DNA of 64,000 nucleotides from Bugula neritina (lineage: Eukaryota; Animalia; Bryozoa). Made by a program: the position numbers and the translations under genes. Shown here one piece after another: positions 13,193-25,442 of this stretch; the first letter of the stretch is position 1, and every line of letters starts with the position of its first letter. The stretch covers positions 31,636,628 to 31,700,627 of the forward strand of contig OZ037767.1 in the NCBI GenBank assembly GCA_964035545.1. The letters are read 5' to 3'. Below the pieces are notes generated by a model. That model did not search any database, was not told the DNA's origin, and was given only the letters and a program-made list of their open reading frames with translations.

Positions 13193-13595
13193 TTGAACAA
13201 TTGAGTTCAGTTGACCAAACTATATCTGTTATGGTTGAGATATAAATACCAGTATTATGTTCCCTGACAAGTACATAGCTTATTTTGTATTTTTATTTAT
13301 TGTTTATAATAAAATTTCTAAGCATAACAAACATTGAGATCAGCTGAAAAAGAATACAAATAGAAACTTTTATAAGATTAAAAACTAAATGCCTTTGATG
13401 AGGTTCAATCAAACAATGCATATGCAAAAAATTGAGTTTATATTATTTGAAACTAAACAAAGGTGAAAAGTAAGTCGACAAATAGACACATGCATAACTT
13501 TAGCTCACAAGCACATGTAAAGTATCAAATACTTTTATTTAGCTTCTAGCAACCTCTCATTAACGGCATGATTTATAGAGTCATAATCAGTCTTA

Positions 13596-13888
13596 TTACC
13601 ATACAGAACTGGTGCTACCACACAGAGCTGGTGTTACCATGCAGAGCTGGTGTTACCATGCAGAGCTGGTGTTACCATACAGAACTATAAGTGTTACCAT
13701 ACAGAGCTAGTTTTTCCATACAGAGCTGGTGTTACCACACAGAGCTAGTGTTACCACACAGAGCTAGTGTTACCATACAGAACTGGCGTTATCATACAGA
13801 ACTGGTGTTACCACGCAGAGTTAGTGTTACCACACAGAGCTAGAGTTACCATACAGAACTGGTGTTATCATACAGAGTTAGTGTTACC
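13596..13888. repeat. ~19-bp minisatellite (gttaccatacagagctggt)
   Basis: ~15 visible copies. Confidence 0.9.
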
Positions 13889-15225
13889 AGGAAGGAAGGC
13901 CCGGATGACTTTGCACTCACTAACACTTTAATTCTTTTTCAATCTAGTTTTATGATAATTTTGTTTTAGAAATTGATTTTTCTATTACTAGTGCTTAATC
14001 GCAGATCGAAAGTTTTTAAAGAGTTATTTATTCAGTGTGTTTTTCATTTAGATGCTTGTATATTAGAACCTAATTATCTGATGCTTAATATCTAAAAATA
14101 GGTTATTTTGCGATATATTTGTAACAAATAAATAATTTAAATCTCTAACCAAACAAGTTTAGCCAAGAATGAGTGAGTTGTTTATTAGTTTAGCTGTTTT
14201 CTGAACTCTTAAAAGTTTACTCTTTGATGTTTTACACAGCAAATTAACGCAATTTTCCTAAAAGTTGCATAAAAAGAAAATATATTTTTACACAAAAGAA
14301 AAAGTTTTTGCTTATGAGACAAATTTTTTAGATTTCTGATAATAGAATTGCCTATGGATTGTCAGCTGAGTGTTCTCCCGTCTTTAGAAAACTGGTTGAA
14401 TCGCGTGGGAAGAAGCAATTACTCTTGATGTTTTCTCTACTGTAACTCAGTCTGTGCTAAAGTATGTAGGAAAACCAGCAGCTTAGACATAAAGTGAATA
14501 ACGCATGGGCTATAAAAAGCATGAAGTACAATCATCCTTATCATATTCCCACTTGATATTACGTAATTATCGTAAACTTGCTCTATTTTTGTGCTACTTT
14601 ACCTTATAAGATATTTATCAAGAGTGTCTTTTAATTAAAACAAGAATAGAATACAACATAATAATATGGTGTAATACAACATAATGTAATATAATATAAC
14701 ATAATGTAATATAATATAATGTAATGTAATATAATATAATGTAAAATATGATGACAATTAATAGACTCATTAATAATTAGGACTGCTGGGCGTATAGCAT
14801 GACAGAAGGTTAAACACCAGCAATTTTCCCCTCAGCTTCGAGGCTTTACATTTTAAAAAACACTGCCTGTCATTATCTTCACCACCTGTTATGAGCTGCA
14901 TGCAGTGACATAACCTTATATGTGTATCTGAATGTATTTATAAAGTAGCTGTACATTACTCTGCAGGCACAGGATCATACTCTACTGTGATATTTAGCTA
15001 TAATATTACAATAAAAAATAGAATACAATAAAATAAAACAATGCAAACTAATACAATATCATAATAAATTGCCAATAAAACATTTATCAAAATAAAATAT
15101 CTTTTTTTAAATGTTGAGCTCATTAAACATCCAAGAAGTAAACAGTCTAACACGTGTACGCTGTCCAAGACTTAGCTGATTTGCAATAGTTTATTGATTT
15201 GCTAATTCCTTTAGAGTTGCGTTAG

Positions 15226-15233
15226 TATAAAAG
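15226..15233 (+). promoter_or_regulatory. Putative TATA box of ILP4 (TATAAAAG)
   Basis: Consensus TATA ~370 bp upstream of the ATG, with a probable non-coding first exon (donor ~15350) and acceptor tttag at 15592. Confidence 0.55.
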
Positions 15234-15594
15234 CTTGAATCTTCACAACATACAACATTCATATGTAAAGAATAGCTGAAGACATACAGTTGAAGCGGAA
15301 GAAGAGACAGTGCGCACAGTCATTAACCGGCAGAGTTTATTAAAACAAGGTTGTTCAGTATAGTCATAATAACGTCAGCACATTATTCCGCATGTTGTAT
15401 GTTTGTGAAACATTTATATTGAACTGCAGCATTTAGTCGTTTTACCTGTAAAGCAGTTCAAATTAATTTGTTAGCAATATAAACCTCTAGTTATTTTTCT
15501 TCGATGCTCTTGTTTACATGTTTCACCAACTTGGTTTTTATTTCTTTGTTCTCTCAATACTTAAATATTTTGGTTTTGTTTTAAAAATTTAGAG

Positions 15595-16482
15595 ATGAAG
15601 GAGAAGACACTGGCCATCTTGTCTTTCCTCTGTACAATAATCACATTGAGCTTTGCCGGCTTTGAGCAGACGTGCTATATAGAGGCATATTACAGCAAAA
15701 GTGCCCAGTCCACACGCCATTGTTCTGCACGGTTGACCAACCGAGTAATGCAACTGTGTAACAACCAGCCATATATTAAAAAAAAAAGAGGTACTTAATG
15801 TATCTATTTAGTTGTTGTAAGTTCTAGCGATTACAGACATTACATAACACAGGAATAGCTTTTGTTCTTAATGTGGAAAACAATATTACCTTCACCTGTG
15901 ATTTTCATCGCTTGTTCCACAGGCTATTCTGGTCAAGGGGATGCCATGACATACGGCTTTGAAGACATTTTTCAGCAAGAGGAGAGCTCAAACATGCTTC
16001 TAAAGAGAAATAGAAGACAGATGAATAATCAGGGAATCGTCTGTGAATGCTGTATGAACTCGTGTAGTTTGAATGAATTACTGGAGTATTGTGCCACGAG
16101 ACGCAGGCGCAGATCAGTGAAACAGCCAAACTCTCCTTTTTATACCAAAGCCATGCTGAAAAACTTTACTGAGTTAGTATCTTCGGCCCATACTCTGAAG
16201 GATTTAGCTGAGTCTCCCTTCGTACAGGCTTTAAATCAGCAGAAAATTACAAACATACAGAGAGCAGGTAACTCTAAACGAGGCTCAGTTGGCTGGGAAC
16301 ACAATTCGAATGGCATGCAAGAAGCAAAAGACTCTACAGAAAATACAGCTGATTCATGGGTAGACTTAGGTCCTACTATGTTGCCAGGGAAAGGTAGCAC
16401 TGAGGCTGTGTGGGGTCATGATGAGACAGAAAAGGAGGAGAAGCGCTTAATGGATAAAATATGGAGCATTTTGTTCAATTAA
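15595..16482 (+). CDS. Insulin-like peptide precursor 4; exons 15595-15790, 15923-16482; 251 aa
   Basis: Signal MKEKTLAILSFLCTIITLSFA; B chain GFEQTC..HCSARLTNRVMQLCNN..KKKR; phase-1 intron G|gtactt ... ttccacag|GC; A chain GIVCECCMNSCSLNELLEYC; RRRRR plus extension. Confidence 0.93.
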
Positions 16483-17307
16483 AAAGCTAAAAGTGAGTCT
16501 TTACAAAGGTTGAGTGTTCAAGGTGGTGTCACACAAATCTATTGCACATTAGTTCAAGTGTGGACGCAGTTGAATAAAACTATATAAGCTTTGACTTTTC
16601 CATGCTATAATTTTAATATTTTATGTTATTTGTTTTATTAACATTTATTATGTTTGTTTTATTGCATTATAATATGTATTATGATGTATTGCATTAGTAA
16701 TTATTGTATTACTTTATTACTTTTACTGTATTGTATTATTTATTCTATCGTACCTGCCAACATATACTCAACATTCAACAGCAAATTCGTTGTTAAATTT
16801 GATTTTAATTTTTTTCCTGTTTCATATGTGTCAGTAATATTTCAGTGAAATAAAATATATCAATATAGTTTATACTTGTAATAATTAAATGCAGTTCGCA
16901 TGTGCTCCATAGAATTTACTTTGAACATAAAATGTGGTTTGGAGTCGTCTAATTTGTATTTATGAGCTTGAATATGCAATTTGGAGTCACCTGATCTCTA
17001 TTACATCTCTATTATTGATGGGCTTGGTGTTATTGATTTGACTTTATTAGTAGATGATTCACATTCTCTGCTATAATCAAATTCACTTTCTGATTAGTTT
17101 AAATAAGTTTTCTATGACTTTGTAATCACAACAGAGTGATGCAGTTTCCTATAAAGACAACTACGGTTTAAACTTTAAATGAACAGTCCATCAACTAACT
17201 TCACTAAACCAATAGATAACAAAATCAAATTGATCAAAAATTGTTGCAATGGATTAGCTGATAGCTTGTGAGAGTTTTGCCTTCAAGTAAATCACATTTA
17301 AAGCCGC

Positions 17308-17999
17308 ATATGAGATGCTAAACTTATATTGTATAAGTACGTATTCAAACAGAACCTACCATGCAGCATAAACCCTCATATGAGATGCTAAACTTATATT
17401 GTATAAGTATGTATTCAAACAGAACCTACCATGCAGCATAAACCCTCATATGAGATGCTAAACTTACATTGTATAAGTACGTATTCAAACAGAACCTACC
17501 ATGCAGCATAAACCCTCATATGAGATGCTAAACTTACATTGTATAAGTACGTATTCAAACAGAACCTACCATGCAGCATAAACCCTCATATGAGATGTTA
17601 AACTTATATTGTATAAGTACGTATTCAAACAGAACCTACCATGCAGCATAAACCCTCATATGAGATGCTAAACTTACATTGTATAAGTACGTATTCAAAC
17701 AGAACCTACCATGCAGCATAAACCCTCATATGAGATGCTAAACTTACATTGTATAAGTACGTATTCAAACAGAACCTACCATGCAGCATAAACCCTCATA
17801 TGAGATGCTAAACTTATATTGTATAAATACGTATTCAAACAGAACCTACCATGCAGCATAAACCCTCATATGAGATGCTAAACTTACATTGTATAAGTAC
17901 GTATTCAAACAGAACCTACCATGCAGCATAAACCCTCATATGAGATGTTAAACTTATATTGTATAAGTACGTATTCAAACAGAACCTACCATGCAGCAT
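17308..17999. repeat. 60-bp minisatellite, ~11.5 near-identical copies
   Basis: Unit catatgagatgctaaacttaYattgtataagtacgtattcaaacagaacctaccatgcagcataaaccct-like, repeated in near register. Confidence 0.95.
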
Positions 18000-18114
18000 C
18001 AAAGTAGCTGATTTGTCTCTCCACGCTGCTCTGTTTTGTTGAGCTAAGAAATTGCATAGCTTCACATGGCTTTACACACTAATGCAGTGTTTTTCAGCAA
18101 TTAACCTTTCATCT

Positions 18115-18330
18115 ACTGACACACAGTATACTGTCGTACACAGTACAAGGTGACACACAGTACAAGGCGGTTCACAGTACAAGGTGACAGTATACTGACA
18201 CACAGTACAAGTTGACACAAAGTACAAGGTGACACAAAGTACAAGGTGACACAAAGTACAAGGTGATGCACAGTACAAGGTGACAGTATACTGACACACA
18301 GTACCAGGTGACAGTATACTGACACACAGT
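18115..18330. repeat. Composite minisatellite (acacagtacaaggtg / acagtatactg)
   Basis: Visible; it explains the C/V-rich minus-strand ORFs. Confidence 0.85.
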
Positions 18331-19128
18331 AATTAGCAGCTGGACCTGCACATATATGCTTAAAAAGCATTAAGGGAAGATAACTCCAATCACTTGAAGG
18401 ACTGCTCCATACCATAATGCTGCAGCCAATTACCAACAAGTTTCTGTTTACTCAAAGTTTACATATAAACTACTTTCAACTAACTGGTCTCCCACTTTAA
18501 GAACCAAAAGTACTGGCAACCAGCTACTCAGCAGAAAACTTCAACCCCAAAGAAGTAACTTCTACAGGTACTCTAGGCAAGTAAAGGAAACACACATCTA
18601 CAGGTAGGTACTGTAAACAAACAACTACTAGTACAATAAATAGATTATGTAAATTTAACTGCAAGTGGTTTATTAATTAGACTTGCAGACAGTAACTGTG
18701 AGAGTTACTCTAAATTTAATACATTTTATCATGTCCCTACCTGCAGACTTGCACCAGTAACTTGAACAAGTAACTCGCTCAAAATTTTCAAACTCTATAG
18801 TGTATAATTGTGGCATATACATCAATAAATAGGTTTCTAAGGAATTATTGTTGTTCTGTAGTTACTGCTTTTTCATAGTCCCTGCTTTTATATTGTACCA
18901 TGAAATATCTTTATTTAGGATAAATCTAATAGGAGTACTACGACATCATATAGTATGTACTATAGCATAATATATATATATTATATATAATACTTTATGT
19001 GATGTATAACATATAGGTAAGTAATATGACATTACAATGAATATAATGAAAATATATTTGTTATTATAACATATTATTATAGCTGATAGTACAACATTAT
19101 ATAATATATGTAAAATAATTGGTGTTTT

Positions 19129-19302
19129 GACATAGCATATGATATATAACATAGCATATGATATATAACATAGCATATGATATATGACATAGCATATGAT
19201 ATATAACATAGCATATGATATATAACATAGCATATGATATATGACATAGCATATGATATATAACATAGCATATGATATATAACATAGCATATGATATATA
19301 AC
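19129..19302. repeat. 19-bp minisatellite (atagcatatgatatataac)
   Basis: ~9 visible copies. Confidence 0.9.
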
Positions 19303-20348
19303 ATACATGCACAGTCTATTTATATTTAGTGTAGTATAGGTCATGTGATATATTGTATAATAGTATACGATATATTTAGATTTTATAAAGGACAAAACTT
19401 TAATGAATTGGACTTTTGCCAAAACCTAGCATACCTTGGAAGATTAGGAGAATTTTACTTATAAAAGGTTCAGTGACAATAACTGTTGAGATAACTTTAT
19501 GATAACTTTACCATAACTTTATGATATTGTTAGACTGATCAGCTATGTTCCTATAACAGAAGTGTATTACAGTAAAGTTTGAAATTTAAAGAAATGATAA
19601 GGTCGGCATCATATTATTATAAAGATTTGTGACAAAAACTGGTGGTTATCCTATTCTACCCAGACTGTCCTCGGACTAAGGTCTTTGCTGCGGGCCTGTA
19701 AGTTCGCAATGTGTGGTGTAATAGTGTCTTCCTTCTATTTTTTACTTCATGTTGAACAATGTTTGCGCTGCCTCACCTGTCCTTCAACCCATTAAAGCAA
19801 AGTTACGAAAATAAATAACAGCAATGACTCTTCAATGTAACTGCATAACATGATCAACAGTGCCAACTCCTCATCAGATTTAGCCAGCGTGTTGCTCATT
19901 TTTTTATAAAGCTGAAGAGTAAACAAGTTTTTGTTGTTCCAAGGAACAATACTATTTACTTTGTCGGTTACGATATGACTAAGAATCCAGGACGAGTAGT
20001 TACCCCCCCCCCCTGTGTCACAGCGCGCAGTGTGTCACAGCACGAAGTCTGTCACAACATGCAGTGTGTCATAACACGCAGTCTGTCACAACATGCAGTG
20101 TGTCCAGTGAGTAGTGTGAAGCTGAACGTCTGATAACTTGACCTCTTTACTTCCTGTTGGCCTAGTCAATCTCTTAGTGGAGGTCAAGGCAAGCTACAGA
20201 CTGACTTTACTCAGGGATATGATTTGCCTTGTCTAAGATCTTTTTCTGATAGCTTGTAGCAATACTCTGTAGGCTAACTGCTGACTATTATTTACTAGCT
20301 GCTGCCTGTCTTGCTATGACGGTCTTCTGCTGGTTTTGTAGACAGAAG

Positions 20349-21515
20349 ATGAAGTGGAAGGAGGTATTATGTTTCATGTACTTCACACTGACGAGTGCCA
20401 GCTACGGAGGGTTTGAGCACACCTGTGCCTACAATGACTACATGAACGCATCACCATCTCGTAGAGTTACCTGTGGCAGAAAGATCCCAATCTTTGTCTT
20501 TCATTTGTGTAACGGAGCCGTCAATGTAAAGAAAAGAGGTGAGCTTGTTGTTAGCAAAACAGGCAAAAATTGTCTTGCGTTTACAGACTTTCTTTGGGGT
20601 TGTTAGTATCAAATATCTGTGAATTAACATAATTTTCATCAAATAGTTGGATAGTGAAAAAAGTTGTAATAAAAACAGACTTGCTATATTTATTTACTAT
20701 TAAATCAAGTACGAATAAACAAATGGGCATGTACTCGAACAGCTTTTTGTAACCCAAACTTACACCAAGTTGGTTTAGATAACTGTTAAATATCAATACA
20801 AGCAAGTTGTTAGTAAAGTTTCACTTAGATATATAACTTGAATAAGCTTATATAGAAGCGGATGTTGGAAAATCCCAGTCAATGATTCATTGATGTGAAA
20901 ATCTATTTGGTGGTTACAAATTGCTTTCAGTAGACATGGAATGTGGCATATGTTATATAATGAGTGAAAGAGGAAAGCAGGTTAACCACAAAGGCCGGAG
21001 GGAGGGGTAAGGAATGATAGCAATCTGTTTGTTGATAACATGTTCATTCTTATTTGGCAGCTGTTTCACCTGAGCCAAGTCAAGTTCAACGACCAGTATT
21101 CATCAAAGGACAAACACACAAACCTACTAATTCACTCTCTAAATTTACTACTTTACACAACATATTCCAGCTGAGGAAGACAGCAAACACTTTTCTTTCT
21201 TTAAAAAAGAGGGCCATACGTTTTTATGACGACCATGAATTAGATCTGACCCAAGGGATTGTGTGCGAATGCTGTATTCACAGTTGTACAATACTGGAGT
21301 ACCAGGAGTATTGCGTTCCGACAGGGCAGCGAAGGGCAGCGAGAAGGAAGAGAGAGACTTTCTATACGGACACACTTTTGACTGAGTTTGAAGAAAGATT
21401 TGACAACTCCGAAACACCATCCTTAATTGAAATGGCGCAAACACCTCTATTTAGAGCAATGAACTCTCAGAAGATTTATAACTTGAGAAACTCTTTAACT
21501 GATGGTGGAGCGTAG
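20349..21515 (+). CDS. Insulin-like peptide precursor 5; exons 20349-20538, 21061-21515; 214 aa
   Basis: Signal MKWKEVLCFMYFTLTSASYG; B chain GFEHTC..TCGRKIPIFVFHLCNG..KKR; phase-1 intron G|gtgagc ... tttggcag|CT; C peptide ..ANTFLSLKKR; A chain GIVCECCIHSCTILEYQEYC; RRKR plus extension. Confidence 0.93.
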
Positions 21516-21989
21516 AGGTCGTTGATTATTCTAACAGTCTCTAAGATAGAACTGGAAGGCTCGTCTACTTGTCTGAATTAAATATTAAATTAGAAGGTTT
21601 TTCTAGTAAGAAAACCACCAATATCAGTGTGTGCAGTAGCTTATAGAATAACCTCTTTCAACTATATTTAGGTTTATTTATCTATTTATTCGTTTATTTA
21701 TTTTTTAAGTTATACATCAAGTGTTTATTTACTATATTTATGTAGTATACAGTGAGCATTAAACTACATGTCATATGCAGTGTTTTACCACGACTAAGTT
21801 TAGGTTCTAATAGGTAATTTCATCACATGTTAATGTATGCAACATTAACTTAAAACTGCCATATATATATTGCACACTGTATTATTTTTAATCGAAAAAA
21901 CTATTTTATATTATTTATTTTCAATTCATTTTTAAATTGTAGATTTTTTAATGTTTCAATAAATGATGTATTCTTTCACCAAACTTTTT

Positions 21990-22275
21990 ACCAAATATAA
22001 GCTTTACCAAACAATTATATTATATACAATATCCAATATAAACTCTACCAAACAATTATATTATATACAATATGCAATATAAACTTTACCAAGCAATTAT
22101 ATTATATACAATATCCAATATAAACTACATACCAAGCAATTATATTATATACAATATTCAATATAAACTTTACCAAACAATCATATTATATACAATATTT
22201 AATATAAACTTTACCAAACAATCATATTATATACAATATCCAATATAAACTTTACCAAATAATTATATTATGCAA
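21990..22275. repeat. ~39-bp AT-rich minisatellite
   Basis: Unit tttaccaaacaattatattatatacaatatccaatataaac, ~7 copies. Confidence 0.85.
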
Positions 22276-23814
22276 TACTAAATAATATAGATTATACCAA
22301 ATGATCATCAGTTTACGATTTTGGTATGAATTACGAGGCCTTTAGTTAACCCTTTGCACCTTGGAAGTACACTGCTAAAAAAACTTAGTAAAACAAGAAA
22401 GTGTACACCCCTGAGACAAGGTCAGCATGCTGGCTCTCTGGTCACATGACTGCTGCCGGATATGTTTTCTTTTCTAATTAACATGCAAACAGTCTGCAGC
22501 TCCAAAATAATATTTTTTCCACGTGTGTTTATGCAAAAACAAAGGATCTAAAATCAAAATATTTTCTAGAATCTGGGATCCTTTTCCCCTGAGCTGTGGA
22601 AATGAGCTATATATATATATAGCTTTATTCAATATTTATAAGTTCAAAATGCTGTACCATATTATATTATTATACTGTATTATGTTCTACTACACTATAA
22701 TATTATAAGTTTAAAATGATGTACCATATTATATTATTATACTGTATTATGTTCTACTACACTATAATATTATAAGTTTAAAATGATGCACCATATTATA
22801 TCATAATAGTGTATTATGTTATATTATATTATACTATACTGTATTATATTATACCATATTATTATATTATTACTCTATATACTCTGGAGAAGGGATAACC
22901 TTACTATTCTATTGTCACTGTTATTGAAGTTGAATAGTTTTAGATAGTTGAACAGTAGCTGTACTGATTACATAATAATTTGTTTACCGTGTTAGACAGT
23001 TTATCGGCAGCTCACAAACTGGTTAGACTACAGACTAATTTAGGTAGACACTACGCAAGTTGCTGGTGACTTCATCACTAATCAACATGTTTACAAATAT
23101 GATAATTACATAGAAAAATATAATAATTATACGAATTCATGCTTTTGAGCCACATTTTGTATACAGAGACAATAAAACAAATAAGCTGCAAACATTGTTT
23201 AGTAGGCAGTTTGTCTGTGGCAGCTGTCTGTGGTAGTGAAATGAACATTTGGTGGTTAGTATAATGGGAATTAGAGTCAAATTTACCTGCCCATTATTGT
23301 AGGTTCACTCTCCACACAGGATTATAATTTTCTTTCCTCTCTTTCTAATAAGTATATCCCTGCTATAATAAGCTTTACATGGTAACCATTCATTATGTTT
23401 GCAAGAAATCTTAGGACTTGTAGTTTAGCCTTTTTTGTAGAACAAAATTTGGTTGTGGACATTTTGGCAGGAATGAATTAACTTCATTTGCTTTTTATGA
23501 CAAATTACTAAGCTTTTTGGCTTGCTTTGAGTCATAGCTTATATGTTGAAGCTTGTATCCAACAAGCCACTGGTGATGTGTACTCAGTTTCTAGCATGAT
23601 ACTTGGTCCGTCTATATAATTTGAGAGGGCAACTCTCAGGAAGTAACAAAAGTAGTTATAATAGAAATCAATACCTGATATGATAACTCTCAATGAGTGA
23701 ATTTATTCAATACATTTAATGAATCACAATTACAATATCCATCTATGTACACTAACTTGTGTCAATGTTCGTCATCTTGAAAATTGTATATATTTACAGC
23801 AATAAAAATGTCAA

Positions 23815-24094
23815 ATTCTATCTGCCAGAACTAGTATGCCAGGTTCTATCTGCTAGAACTAGTATGTCAGGTTCTATCTGCCAGGACTAGTATGTCAGGT
23901 TCTATCTGCCAGGACTAGTATGTCAGGTTCTATCTGCCAGGACTAGTATGTCAGGTTCTATCTGCCAGAACAAGTATGTCAGGTTCTATCTGCCAGGACT
24001 AGTATGCCAGGTTCTATCTGCCAGGACTAGTATGTCAGGTTCTATCTGCCAGAACAAGTATGTCAGGTTCTATCTGCCAGGACTAGTATGTCAG
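23815..24094. repeat. 28-bp minisatellite (ggttctatctgccaggactagtatgtca)
   Basis: ~10 visible copies. Confidence 0.9.
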
Positions 24095-24992
24095 TGCTGT
24101 GTCTTCCATTGAGCATTTTCTGGAATACTGCAACTATGACTTATATATGTAGAAATTGTCTGCCCTATTCAATGTTGCCAGTTATTTCATTGGTGGAAAA
24201 ACTAAGAAATTAATGAAGTTCAATATTTCATATTTTAGTTACAAGTTGCGACATGCATTGCTTTAGTTTGCCGAAATTGTTATGGAAATACAAGATGTGC
24301 AGACAATCTGTAGTTTATCTTCGGTGTTATAATACAACATATATAACATAAGTAGATGATAAAACATATACTATAAGACAACATAAAAATAAAAGACTGA
24401 TATAACAAAATTATTTCTTGTTTTGTAAAATGGTGCCACTAAAAGGACTTCAAAGTGCAAAGCTTCTGTGAGACAAAACTAATATTATCCCAAACCTCTT
24501 AATTTTACACATTTTAGTTTAAAATACAAACTCAGTTGTTAGTTAACATAGTGTAGAGTTAGTAAAGAGTTAGTGTAGAGTCAATATAGGACATTTTGGC
24601 AGCGCTGTCATCCCTACACACCTCCACACATGCTGATATCCAATCAACTGGATAATTAAGTTGCTGGCAGCATCTAAGACTAAAAATAATATCTGGAGAG
24701 TATGCGTAGCATGTGGCATTGCTGACACTCAAGCAGCAGCCAAATTACTGGCAGCAGCTAAATTACTAGCAGCAAAATTGTAACGACTCAACTCATTGTG
24801 TACAATTCCTAAATTCTACGACCTGCATATGTACGACCACATTCATCTTAATAATGTTTGTGTTGGGCCTGCTAACTTCGTCTAATATGAGAAGTGTAAC
24901 TTAGTTGGCACATATCACCCTTTGTCACTAATGCCATAATAACACTTCTTACACAATTATATAATAACTCGTAATGAACGATTAACTAATCC

Positions 24993-25094
24993 TGATTGGA
25001 TAAGAGAAGGTGTGGCCCCGCCCCTTCTCATTGATTGATTTCATCCGTGAGAGGTGGGCTCACATTCCTCACTGGGAAAAAACTATATAAATAG
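24993..25094 (+). promoter_or_regulatory. Putative core promoter of ILP6: inverted CCAAT (gattgg ~24994), GC box (ccccgcccc ~25016), TATA (tatataaata ~25084)
   Basis: Canonical order and spacing, followed by a non-coding exon ending aaaag|gtaagg (~25260) and acceptor ttgtag at 25435 before ATG 25443. Confidence 0.6.
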
Positions 25095-25442
25095 CTGCGA
25101 GTCTTGGAGTCTGTAGCATTAAAATCCCTGCTCATGCCTAGACGTGCTCGAAAAATGCACACAGCAGTTTCCTTGCAATAATCTATATTATATTCTGCTG
25201 GAATAAGATAGCAACTGGACTTTGCTTGTTGAATTTTCAAGTTCCAACTGTAATAAAAGGTAAGGAATGAAAATTATATAAATTTCATTAAAATGTATTT
25301 TTGAAGTAAATTAGAAGCATATTCTCACAGAAAATTCTACGCATAAATTGAGATTTCAAACATTAGTCAATTTTAATATACATTGTAGATATAAAATAAA
25401 TATGTGTATAGGATAATATTTATTATACATTGTAGATATAAT

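Noticed and set aside
17308-17999. Regular repeat array resembling CRISPR
   Set aside because: Head-to-tail near-identical units with no unique spacers, no cas genes and a eukaryotic context.
22346-22372. TTAACCCTT motif suggestive of a piggyBac-like/MITE terminus (similar at ~54726)
   Set aside because: No matching opposite terminal inverted repeat or transposase remnant could be identified by eye.
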